Shown one piece after another: positions 1 to 11,200 of a stretch of DNA of 64,000 bases (position 1 is its first letter; the number at the start of each line of letters is the position of its first letter). The notes under the pieces are model-generated. The model saw only the letters and a list, made by a program, of their open reading frames with translations, was not told the DNA's origin and made no database searches. The stretch covers positions 4,551,770 through 4,615,769 of the forward strand of contig MU054466.1 in NCBI GenBank assembly GCA_013239625.1, in the 5' to 3' direction. The position numbers were made by a program, and so were the translations under genes. This DNA is from Lama guanicoe (taxonomy: Eukaryota).

Positions 1-720
1 CTCGGCAGAGGGCTGGTAGCTGCCCCTGCCGTCGCTGCTGATGCCGTCGCTGCTGATGCCATCGCTGCTCGGGCGCTCTCCTGGCGTCTCCAGCGCTGGC
101 TCCAGACAGGTTTGGGTGCCTCCAGAGCCCGTGTCCGTTTGTTCCGAGTTGGGCCGCAGCTCTGGGACCCCGCCGCCCTGGCTGCTGCTCTCCCAGGCCT
201 CTCGAGCTTCGCTGTCCCGGCAGGAACTGCCCCCGTCTCCACCCGACGTGTCCCCATCGAGGCTCCGGGTCTCTCGGCGGCCCGGCCGAACCGAGCGGCT
301 GTGCCCTTTTCCTCTCCGCCTGCGGCGGTCGCGCTCGCGTGTCCTCCCTCCTCCTCGGGGGAGACTCTTCTCCAGGCACCCTCCGCAGCCGTCCTCGGGC
401 TTGTGGCTCTCCTTAGGCCCGCATCCCCGACGCCGCTCGCTGCCTTGACTCCTCTTGGCCTCTGGCTGCGGCCCAGCCTCTGGCAGGCCGCAGTCGCCGT
501 TCTCCTCTACGGTGGACTTCCTGCGCCCACCAGGGTTCTCCTGGCCTCCCGCGGTGGCGGGCTCCAAGACCGGTCTCGCCCCGCGGGCCTTACTGCGGCC
601 CTTTCGGCGTTCCTGGCTGGGCGCGCCGTCTGTGCTGACTGACCCTGATTCCTGCTGCCCCGAGGCTAGCTTTTCGGTTCCCTCCGGGCGCTGGGGCCCT
701 TCGCCCTTCCTCCCACCCAT
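1..720 (-). CDS. MYO15B: Myosin XVB, first coding exon (N-terminal extension; continues beyond the left edge)
   Basis: Reverse strand reads GGAAGCC-ATG-G at 720 (ideal Kozak), then 240 codons with no stop: MGGRKGEGPQRPEGTEKLASGQQESGSVSTDGAPSQERRK...EPATAGGQ...RSLDGDTSGGDGGSSCRDSEAREAWES. This matches the recalled human MYO15B N-terminus (ASGEQESGSASADGAPS, RSLNGDTSGGDGGSSC). Position downstream of LLGL2 fits synteny, and the exon is CpG-rich. Confidence 0.85.
   Translation of the reverse strand, partial: MGGRKGEGPQRPEGTEKLASGQQESGSVSTDGAPSQERRKGRSKARGARPVLEPATAGGQENPGGRRKSTVEENGDCGLPEAGPQPEAKRSQGSERRRGCGPKESHKPEDGCGGCLEKSLPRGGGRTRERDRRRRRGKGHSRSVRPGRRETRSLDGDTSGGDGGSSCRDSEAREAWESSSQGGGVPELRPNSEQTDTGSGGTQTCLEPALETPGERPSSDGISSDGISSDGRGSYQPSAE
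27..70. repeat. 15-bp tandem repeat x3 inside the MYO15B exon (encodes SSDGI-SSDGI-SSDGR)
   Basis: tgccgtcgctgctga tgccgtcgctgctga tgccatcgctgctc, read directly. Confidence 0.9.
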
Positions 721-1339
721 GGCTTCCTGGCGTCTCCCTCCTCTCCTCTTCCCTAGGATCTGCCGCCCTCGGCGGCACGCCACACGGGTTCAGCTCCGGA
801 GGGGGCTAAGGGCTTAATCTACGCCCCGCCCCTGAGTCTCCCGCCTTACGCATGAGCATCAATAATGTACGCGGCTGCGGGGCCTGACCCTTTCAGCCAA
901 CAATAGAGTGGAGGCCTCCCAGGAAAGAGGAGAAGGGCAGCTGTGGACAAAGGCCGTGGACAGGGCAACCTGCTGCCTGGAGTGGCTGCCAGCTGGGCCA
1001 GCCTGGCACCGCGCCAAACTGAGGGGGCCCACGCTCTGCTCCCACCTCACTTGCTTCTTCAGCAGGGAAGAACCTGTTTGGGTTGTCCTCCTCGTCCTGG
1101 GGGCTCCAGGGGCACAGACTCTCCTCCTTGGCCCCCTGGATTGCTCCAGGAGGCTGGGACCCAGCTAACTGGCACACGGCCGGTACTCCCTGAGTTTCCT
1201 TAGGTTTGCTGTTGTACTTCTAGATTGTGAAATACAATTTAAAGAAAACTGCATAAAACATAAGTGAATCTTGAACTGGTGTAACACAAATGCCTGTTAG
1301 TCATGAAACATAACCAGACCCCATACGTTTCTGATTGCC

Positions 1340-2450
1340 CCAATGTGTGTGTTGTTAGTATATTTAATTTTCTGAACAGGTAATAAATACATTCACATAG
1401 TTCAAAATCCACAAGATGAAGTTTTCCATTCCTGACCCTCCACTACCTGTTTCTTGTATTTCCTTCAAGAGCATCCATGCAGAGAACAGCAAATACGCTC
1501 TTTCCCTTTGAGCACAGGTGGAAGCTTACCTAGCTCATAGCTCTTCACTTAGCTTTTCCCAATCATACAGATTAACTTGGGGAGTTCCTAACAGTACATA
1601 AAAATCTTTTTCTTTTCTTTTTACATCTGTATATTATTCTGGCAAATGAATATGCCTTGTTTAACCAATTCTTTATTAATAGTGTGAAAATTAATAAAGG
1701 AAAACCTCACTGAAATGGAGCCCAGAGGCCAGAAGGGGGGGGTCTCACACATGTATCATTTCACCTCATTACAGATCCCAAGAGAAAGAAAATGTGCTTT
1801 GGATCTTAGGCAGGATGTGACTCTACCACGGACAGCAGGAGGAAGACTTTCTCTTTGCCTGGCAACAACTCAGTCAATGAGAAACTGCCTAACTAAGCCA
1901 ATGAAAAGCTACTATAGTTCAAACTCTCAGTTTCTTCCAATGGACTTTTTGTTTATAACAGCCCCTCCCAACTTCCCTTTCTCTATAAAATTTTCCTCTC
2001 CTTTGCTTTACCAGAGTTGTATGTGGTTAGCCATAATTGCTGTCCCAAATTGTAATTCTTTCCTGCTCCCGAGTAAACCTATGTTGCTAGTACAAATAAC
2101 CGGCTTTCTTTATTGTTTTAGGTTAACAGAGTTTTACATCTGAAATGGATGCTGCCTTCATTTCTTTCGCTTCAATGACAAACACTATTGATTTCACTGT
2201 ATCCAAGCAGAATCAGTTCCTAAAAGTAGAATTGCTGGACTATAGGGTATATGCATTTTTAATTTGGAGCATTCCAAATTTTCCATGGAGGTTGTACCGA
2301 TTTACACTTCTACCAACAAGATAGGAGACCACCCATTTTTCACATAGCACCAAGGCATGGTGTTACCTAACATTTTTGCCACTGTGAAATGTGACAAAAT
2401 ATCAATGCCTTTTAAGTTCATTTCTCTGTGAAAATAATTACCTCTTCTCC
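1340..2450 (-). mobile_element. Old L1 (L1M-type) fragment interrupted by an LTR
   Basis: AT-rich decayed sequence with antisense-L1 phrases (ttcctaaaagtagaattgctgga...tatatgcatttttaattt...ggttgtaccgatttacacttctaccaaca) flanking 1683-2128; boundaries approximate. Confidence 0.55.
1683..2128 (+). mobile_element. Solo endogenous-retrovirus LTR (ERV1-like)
   Basis: Begins TGTGAAA and ends TTAACA (TG...CA), about 446 bp. CCAAT boxes (1898, 1937), TATAAAA (1984-1990) and an AGTAAA poly(A)-like signal (2072-2077) occur in U3-R-U5 order. No clean TSD seen. Confidence 0.75.
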
Positions 2451-3149
2451 CTCATTCAGCTTTTTTTTTTCTTTTCTTACGAGGCCTATCTTTTCTCATC
2501 CTTTACCCATCTTTCTGTTGGGTGTGGGTCTGTTTCTTGGTGGTCATACTGTAGTTAAACCCAGGTAGGATTCATGAGCCCATTTGGATGGCCCCAGGGC
2601 CAGGAAGCTGCTGCAGGGCAGGTTCTGGGGCATCCAAGATGGAGCCAGATGAGATATCCAGCCAGGGCCTGTGACCTGCCCCATAGGACTCCTGTTCCCC
2701 TGCTGACCACTCACTCTGGCCTCTCCTCTCCAGCTGCCCCAGCCAGAATCAGAGGCGGAGGAGGGAGTGACATTCCAGGTTGTGGCACTTTCCTTAGAAT
2801 GCTCTCCAGTTGGCTGGTACCTGCCTTACACTCACCTCTCTGCACATCTCCTGGAGACAGCCTCAAACCTGGGTGAATCTGCTGCAAGCAGTCACATTAC
2901 CCAGGAGGTACACTCACAGCCCAGAGTCCTGGTTTGAGCAAGGAGTTGAAAGTTACTCGGCCTTTGTAGTCTGCATTCCCAAGGAAGCAGCCTTCTAGGG
3001 AAGGAAGCAGCTGTCCCAAAGGAGCACAAGCTCTTGGGTAACATCAGTTAGCAAGTAACTCATAAAACCAGTATCTTTGACTGTGAAAGTCCACCACCAA
3101 TAATGACCAAGACAAAGGGCAATGATATTCAGAGGGCTCATTTCACTTG

Positions 3150-3495
3150 CAAAAAAGCAGAATGTGGGGTGATGTGTTCACACAGTGGGTGACCACACAG
3201 CGTTGATAAGGGCCTACAAGCACCAGCAACATGCATGGGCTGTCTCACAAACGTAATGGTGAGTGAAAGAAGCCAGGCATGGAAGAGTTACTGAATCACT
3301 CTGTGATTCTATTTATATAAAGTTCAAAAAGAGGAAACGGAGCTAGTTACAGGATGCTGCTTGGGGTGAGGGTGGCGGGTTGGTAGTGACCAGAAGGGTC
3401 ACAGGGTGATACTATTTGTTCAGTTCATGGATATTTCCTGGGTTGTACTCCCATGACTTATGCTATTCTGTATGCATTTTATAGTTTAAAAGATA
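3150..3495 (+). mobile_element. L1ME-like 3' end fragment
   Basis: ctcacaaacgtaatggtgagtgaaagaagccagg...tgtgattctatttatataaagttcaaaa is typical of an ancient L1 3' UTR. Confidence 0.6.
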
Positions 3496-3559
3496 GAGAA
3501 AGAGCTCACTGTTTTACCCTGGACTAATAATAATGACAAGGATGATAATAAAAATAATA

Positions 3560-3750
3560 ATAGCTGACACTTCAGGGCTTATTATGTGCCAGGTACTGTT
3601 CTGAGCACTTTACTATGAATTCACTTAATTTTTGGAAGCATTCTACGTGGTGGGTGCCATAAGGATTCCCATTTGATGGATGATAGGACTGAGGCACACA
3701 GCTGAGTGTCAGAGCTGGGATGCCCACTCAGGCTGTCTGGCTCCCAAGGC
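3560..3750 (-). mobile_element. MIR SINE
   Basis: tatgtgccaggtactgttctgagcacttta...cccatttgatggatgataggactgaggcac MIR core. Confidence 0.65.
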
Positions 3751-4980
3751 CTGGCAGGAGAACAGGTGTGAGGAGTCACCACCAGCTACAAATGGGATTT
3801 CGGTTTCTCCAGCCCATTACAGTGTGTCCTGTGAGCGCTGGGAGCACAGAGCACTGTGCCCCCTCTCCAGTCTCTTGTCTTCTGTGCCCTCCTATGCCTC
3901 CCGTTGATCCAGGCCAGGGCTTGTATCTCACTCAGCTGGGTGGGCGTGGCAAAGCTTGCCTTATCCCCTGAGCAGCAGGTCCCTTCCCAGGCTTCATTTC
4001 ATTCAAACCTCCCCAAACCTGAGGAGGGGGATGTGATCTCATTTCTCAGATGGTGAAACAGCTCAGGGAGGATGAATGGCTTAAGGACCCACAGCCAGTA
4101 AATGAGGAATTGGGGACCAAATTCAAGGGTCCCGCTCTTCTGCTCCATGGCACTTCTGTTGGGAATTGGCTTTGGGACCAGACAGGCTCAGCACCCACTA
4201 CACCCCACTTCTTGGCTGTGTGATTTCCAACAACCTGCTGCTGTCCCCCTGTCCTCTGTGCAGAACAGTCCACCCAGCCAACTCCTGGTCACCTCCCCAG
4301 GCACATTTCTCACAGGCCCTGGATTTTCCTCATCCTAACACTTCTTGCAAGCTCTTGTAAGGACAATGAGCCCCACAGTGGCAGGGACCACATTGCCTTG
4401 GCCACCTCTGAACCCCAAGTGCCTGGCCTATAGTAGGTGCTCAATAGAGACAGGCAGATAAAGATGTAGCCCAAGTAATCAAGTCTCCAGCTTACAAGAA
4501 CCTTCACAGCAGTTTAATCCAGCCCATCACCTGGGGCTGAGACCTTTCACCTCCAGGCACCGCCACCCCCCCACCCCCCGCCAGCAGCACCCCACAGTCT
4601 TTCCCCGAAGCCCGGAAGAAGCCATCAGGGCTGAGATACTGTGGGCATCTTCCCCTTCTGATGGCAAGGAAAGGCCAGCCAGGGCAGCTCGGGGCCTCCC
4701 TCTGCCTCCATACCCAGGGATGCAGTCAGACAGACTCAAGATGGTTAGCTCATCATTTATTCCCAAAAAGAGAAGGCATATAGTGTTCAGACACAACCAG
4801 TTTGATCTGATTCAAGTGGCTTAAAAAACATTCTCCTGAGCACCCGCCTGGTCCAGGGGACGCATCCCAGGGGCAAAGGTAAGGAACCAGCTAACGATCA
4901 TTTCCATTCATATGGGAAAAATCTCTGCACAATTAAAAATTAAAGTCGTTGGGCCAGTCCAGAGAAGAGGTAATAAGGTG

Positions 4981-4986
4981 TTTATT
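4981..4986 (-). terminator. LLGL2: LLGL2 polyadenylation signal (AATAAA)
   Basis: tttatt on + about 315 nt past the stop codon, at the end of an AU-rich 3' UTR tail. Confidence 0.8.
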
Positions 4987-5298
4987 AAAAACTCATTTTC
5001 ACCTGGAGGCAGTTAACATTTATAATTTAAAATCCAGCCCACTACAAAAAGGGGAAGAGGAGGTTAAAAACTGTGCAACATTGACAAAAGAACTGAGAGA
5101 GTCAAGGCCCGGGGAGGGCCAGCCCCAGGGGCCTGGGGTCCCTCTCCTCCTGAGGCCAGGAGCAGCAGCAGAGTGGGAACTGGGGATGCCCCCAGGCCCT
5201 GCATGGCCCAGTGCGCGGGCCTCTCCAGGCGGGGCAGTGCCCCGAGGAAGAACCCTCAGTAGTGTGTGTTCATCGTGCAGCCTGGACGTGCATCCTGC

Positions 5299-8200
5299 TC
5301 ATTCCGCTGCAGGAGGAGATAGAGTGACAGCAGCTTAGGGGCATCCTGGGCAGGACACGGGCCTCAGTCACCCACCTGAGCCCAGACATGGAGGTTTTCA
5401 AGACAAGCAGAGGCATGTGTCAGGGCTGAGATGGACCCAAAGATCCTGAGGAAGCAGGACAGGGGCTCATCCCTCCCCAGAAGCGCGCCCTCCTGGCCGC
5501 CCCCCACCCCACGGCAGTGCCCAGAGCCCTTACCTCCCCCGTTGCCGAGGCTGTACCCCACGGCCACTCGCTGAGAACGCCAATCACCACAGCTCCTGAG
5601 TGGACAAAGACAGGGCAGTCACCCTCCATGGGGACTCCAGTCAAGGACCCTTATTCCCAGAGCTCTCCTGGCACCTCGAGGTCCACTCCTGCAAGCCCGA
5701 GCAATAACTCACCCTCGGTCTGCCTCTAGCGTGCTCTGGATCTCCTTCAGGACCTCTGCAGGGCAGGGGTGGGGAACAGAGGCCTGGTGAGGCCAGCAGG
5801 GGCCGGGCCAAGTCTTTCTCCCCTTTCTACTGATGGGGTGCTGGACAGGTCTGCCCCCCTTCAGAGAAATGGCCCTCAGTTTCCCCTGGCCTTCCAGGCA
5901 CTCCCCCACCCCAAATGTCCCTCCTGCCAGCCCACTGACTCCTGCCCTGACTCACTCTCGTCATTGAGCAGAGCGTGCTCCATCACAGGGCCCGATCTCC
6001 TCTCTGGAAGGCAGAGGCCAGGTCAGGTGAGCCTTAGGCCCTTCTCTGCCCCAGCTCCCTCCTTATGGGGGTTGGGGTGCTGGAGCCTAGAGCTCAGGAC
6101 TGGAAGGGAAGCTGTTTCTACTCCCAGCCCGAACACCAGCTGCTCACCTGGGGTCCCCTTCCCTCCCCTTTCCATCTCCAGGTCTGGGCCCAGATGTGCT
6201 CACAACACCTTTGCCCTAGATGGAGGCCTGTCTTACCCTCTCCGTCACTCTGGCTCCCTGAGTTCCTGTGGGGGAAGAGACAGTAAGGACTGGGGGCCAC
6301 TAGGCTCCCCACTCTGGCTCGGAAAGCCCTGGTTCCACAAAGAATGAGGTCGACTGACCAGCTTGCACGGGGGAGTGGGGCATACAAAGAAGGACAAAGA
6401 TCCTGAGCTGGGAGGGTGGGCTGAGCTCACAGGCGAAGGCGACTCTAGCAAGCCTCCCGTGGGTACCCCGGGGAGGAGGAGGAGGGGCTGCAGCAAAGAC
6501 CATCTGCCCTTTTACCTACCTGGCTTGGCCCGAGGCCTTCTCAGGGCTCGATCTGTTGCAGGGGCGGCTATAGTTCTTTGTTTCTGCTGAATCCACCAGA
6601 CACCGGGGCTCAACCAGCCACTTGGTAGAGAGAGAGAAGCGCTCAAACTCGGAGGGTGAGATCAGGTAGAAACCTGGGGGGTGGAGAAGTCTGGTAAGTG
6701 AGGCCAGCCTGAGTCTCCTGGGCCTTGCGGCTGCCAACACAGTTTCCCTCCCAGTGGGTATTAGGGGCCAGAGCCTCTCCCAAAGTTCTCTGCCTAAGGA
6801 GCCTGGCCTTGGCCACAACACCCGTGGCTGCCCTTCCCAGCAGCCCCCGCAGTGCAGTGGGAGCCCCAAACCCAGCCCTGCTGGCAGAGGTCCCCGAGGC
6901 GCCCGCCACCTACACACCTTGGCCGTATTTGGTGAAGACACAGGAGGCGATGCCGCTGACGTCCTCCCGGCGGATGCAGCTGTAACGCACCTGGGGCTTG
7001 AGCAGGGGCAGTGAGACCACCTGGATGTCACCCAGGTTGGTGAGGACGGCCAGGTGATGCTCCCCATAGTCCTCGGCTCGACAGCTGCCAAAGCGGGCCG
7101 CGCTGACCCGCCGCACCCGTGAGCCTTCCAGGGCGGTCAGCTTCAGCTTCAGCCTGGCACTGACCTTAGGCAGCGTGAACACCTGGGGCACAGGGCAGCC
7201 GGTCACATTTGGGGCCAGACCAGTTTGCAGCGCTTCATCCAGCCAGGCAAGCACTTCTCGCTTTCCTGCCCGATGCTGCCGCTGGGCTCTGCCCTCCGCC
7301 GGATGCCGCCCACCCAGCTTCCCAGCAAAGCTGGCTGTCTTGGGCTCCCTCTCTCAATGCTCAGACATGGAGTCACTGCAGTTGGACTGCAGGCTGTCAG
7401 GGCCTCTTATTTCCCCATCTGCATTTTCTGTGTCTTCCATAGACATGGGTCTATGTCTGCCATGTGTCCCCACTGGGGCCCAGGGAATCCACCAAGACCC
7501 CTTTCCTTTCCTGTGCCTCTGCAACCCTCACACACTAGCTACAAAGTGTGTGACTCCTAGCCATTGTCATTTGTGCCCAAGGTCTGGGTGCCCCCAAATG
7601 TCCTGGGGGATTCCCGGGGGACCCAGCCTCCTCCAACAAGGCACCTTGAACTGTTCCTCCGACACGACAAGTAGCTGGTGGCTTCCTTGCATGTCTGGGC
7701 TCTTTGACAGGTCGTGGGCCACTTCCAAGGGCTCAGGAAGGGGTACGCTGTGTCCGTCCAGCACCAGGATGCCCACCACTGGTGCTCGGTGCATCAGCTG
7801 GATCTCCTTGGCTACAGGGACAGATGTAGGTGGTGGGGCTGGTGGTCAGGTGGAGGCAAGGCTGGAGACACCAGCTGGCTCCCAGCCCAGGCAGACCAGG
7901 CCCTCTGCTCTCCCCAACTCAGTACTCACCTTGCTCTGCCCGCACTGGCTCATCCATTCTCCGCTCGGCAGGGGGCACACGCAGGGCAAAGGCGTAGACG
8001 GTACCACCATTGGTGCCAGCCCACAGCGAGGGGCAGTGGCGGGAGCCTGACAGGAGGCAAAGGTTTACATCTAACCCCTGGCTCTGAGGGTCAGAGGGAG
8101 CCAGGGACCTGGGCTTACTTCCTGGCCTTGCCACTCACTACCTGTGTGACTCCAGCATCAAGTCAGCAAATTTCATAAGGCTCAATTTCTTCCTCTGTAA

Positions 8201-11200
8201 AATGGAGCTGCTGTGGGCCCTGCCTACCTCCTGGGTGTAGACAACCAAGGGCCCCACGTACAGATGATCCCAAACTCAAGACAGCTCAGCCCTTGAGATC
8301 CAGCAGTGGACAGCCCTCACCCCACCCCTGCCCTGGCAGCAGGGCAGCATGGGGAAAACAGCCAGGGAAGCTTCTATAGGGCCTACTGGGTACCAGCAGG
8401 CATACAGCATGTCCCAACCCTCACAGCCACTCTAGGAGGAAGCTATTACCCCATTGCACAGGGGGAGAAGCTGAGACCCAGAAAAGCTAAGTGACATGTC
8501 CAAGGTCACATTTCTAGAGAGTGGTGGAGCCTGGATATGAAGCCAGGGCGACCTGACTCAGAGACCCAGGAGAGGGAGGGAAAGAGGCAGGTGGGGGCTC
8601 TGGTCTCCCCTGCTCACAGAGGGAAGCCCCTTTTACGGTGGCACCAGCCAGCAGGCAGTAGCCTCCAACACACCCTCATGGCAGCGGGCGCCCACCCAGG
8701 CCCCCATCTCAGGCTGGCCACTCACTGTCCTTCAGATAGGTGTCAGCAAAGTAGAGGGTCCGGACAAAGCCTGTGAAGGAGTCTTCTGCCGAGCGGGCCT
8801 CGATCTTGCGCTGCACGGGCGCCAGCTCCATGTTCTGCAGGCCGGCCCGCTCTGCCCTGGTGCTCCCCTCAGGCACCTGCAGTGGGTTGGGATGGGCCTG
8901 AGGGTGGGCTCTGGCCTTCCCTCCTGGGGGGTGGAGGGCAGCATCACATTGCTCAACAGTGATCTTTCCAGGGGAAGACTGGCCACAGCCCTCACCGCCA
9001 CTTGCCTGGAGATATTGACCAAGGACTTGACCCTGAGGTGTTAACAATGACTGCCTTTTACACTTGGGGAAGCTGAGGCATGGAGCAGCAGTGTGACAGA
9101 TCTGAGGTCACCCAGTTGGTGGGCAGTGGGGCAGGGCATGAACCTGTGCAGTGCAGCTCAGGGCCTATGCTTGTGACCAAGGCAAGTGGGGGATGGAGGG
9201 GCAGTTTGGACCTGCTGCCAGCCTTGGCCTCACCTCTCCTGGAGGGCCCGCAGGACGCCGCTTCCTGCTGGACACTCGGCTGCGACGTATCCGGCGAAAA
9301 GATTGGCGCAGAGACTTCTTTAGGGACTTCACACGGGATAGTGGGCCCTCCAAGGCCAGTTGGTCGCTGGGGTGCAGCGTGCACCTGGGGTGACATTGGC
9401 CTGTCAGCGATGCTGGGGCCCAAGGGACCTTGCCAATCACAGAGCTGGGCCCCAGCCACACTGGGCAAGCTGCTCACTTGACAAAGACCTGCCGCCGCTG
9501 CTGGTGGTCAAAGAGGCCAAAGCCATGGCTGGTGCCGAAGGCCACGAGCCGCCATTCGGAGTGCAGGGCCAAGGAGGTGACCACGGCCGGGGGCTGGCAC
9601 TGCACCAACACGAAGGGCTGGAAGCCAGGCTCAAAGCACACAGGCCCCGGACGGGCACACAGGCGCTCATGCCCCTTCCAACGGTAGCCCTCCTGGTCCT
9701 GCAGCAGGTCAGCCTCCACCTGCTCCACGGCGTGCTCCGCCTCCTCGTCATTCAGCTCTAGCACCAGCACCTGGGCGGGGTGGCAGACAGGCTGAGCAAT
9801 CCCCAGCACCAAGGGACCATGGGACCTCAGGGACCTGATGGCCGGGACAGCAAAGGACCTGGGACCCATGCCAAGGCCCAGGGCCCAATCAGGATCAGAA
9901 GTGTCCCACCCTTCGCCCTTAATTCTGGTTTCTAGAGGGGAAACAACCATCCTAAGGCCTCCCTCTAATGGGATCAGGGAACCTCTATTCACTGGGCAAA
10001 GCCAGAGCCACAGGGTGGGTGATGATCCTGGTGACGCCACCAGTGGGCGCTCAGGAGGCTGGCTCCTGTCCTTTCTGCCCCCCCCAATCCTGAGACAGAA
10101 GCTTATGGGCCTGGATGCTGCCCAAAGTCACCTGATCACTCCTCACCCTTGCTCCCCACACCCAGCCCAGCCTGCTACCTGCCCTGCTGTGCCAGCCACA
10201 GTCAGGTAGCCGCTGTACTTGCAGAGGAAAATCTTCTGAATGCCCAGCCGAGGATCGTCACTGTAGGGGTCAAAGGAGCCCACCTGACAAGGGAGAGGAG
10301 GCCCGTGAGTGGCCATGAGCACCAGACCTGCCCCATCCCTGCCCTCCCTGGTTCCCAGGTTCCGGGCCTCACTTTGCGGAGGGGTGGCCACTCGTCCTCG
10401 CCCTGGGCATTGAGGCTCTCGCTGGGGTCTGTGTCGGTGAGGAACACCCGTACCGTGCTGAGTTTGTAGAGCAGCCGCAAGCAGACACCCGAGGCATCCC
10501 AGAACCGCACCGTGCCATCCTCATGCCTGTGGGCAGAGCCCGCCTGCCACCCGTGAGAGGCATGCCGGGCCAGGCACGCACTCCTCTGGGTTCTGCTCCC
10601 ACTTCACTTATCCCACTAGGCAGGAAGAGAGTACCATCAGCATCACCTACCCTGTGAGCAGCAGGTCCCTCTGGGGTGGGGCCGGGGCCAGGCTGGTGCC
10701 GCCATCGACGGGCCAGTCCTGGAGGAAAAGACAGAGAAGTTCATGGTGGGGCCTGGCCCTGGGGTGGGGCCGGGGAAGGGGCTGGACCCACCATGGTGGA
10801 GAAGTGTGTGTTCTGCCGGCTGCCGGCAGCGATGATCCGCTCCCACAGCTTCAGAGGGATGTTGGAGATGTGATGGGAGCAGGTGATGGCGGAGCAGTGC
10901 AGGGAAGCCAGGTAGGGAGGCTGGACCGGAGGCCAACCAGCCGTCTTCAGGTCAATCACCACCAGCTCCTCCTCGGCCAGCACCACCAGAGCATAGGGGT
11001 CATCAAAGGCTGCAGGGACAGGCCAAGGTCAGGGGCTGTGGGAGCCACTAGGAGCAGTTTCCCCAGCCTGGACCTGTGGAATCTGAAGCTCTGGGGCTGG
11101 AGCCAGGGAAAAAGCCTGCATTTAATATCAAGCTCTGAATCCAACAATGCATAAAAAGAATTATATGCCACGACTAAGTGAGATTTATTCCAGATATGCA

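Noticed and set aside
41-817. Plus-strand ORFs 41..448, 112..642 and 455..817
   Set aside because: Antisense shadows of the GC-rich MYO15B exon; low-complexity S/P/R/L peptides with no recognisable homology
1715-2143. 142-aa ORF in AT-rich DNA
   Set aside because: Lies almost entirely within the solo LTR; no gag, pol or env similarity; most likely chance
7175-8050. 291-aa plus-strand ORF
   Set aside because: Antisense to LLGL2 exons 18-20; no domain; starts at a non-ATG codon
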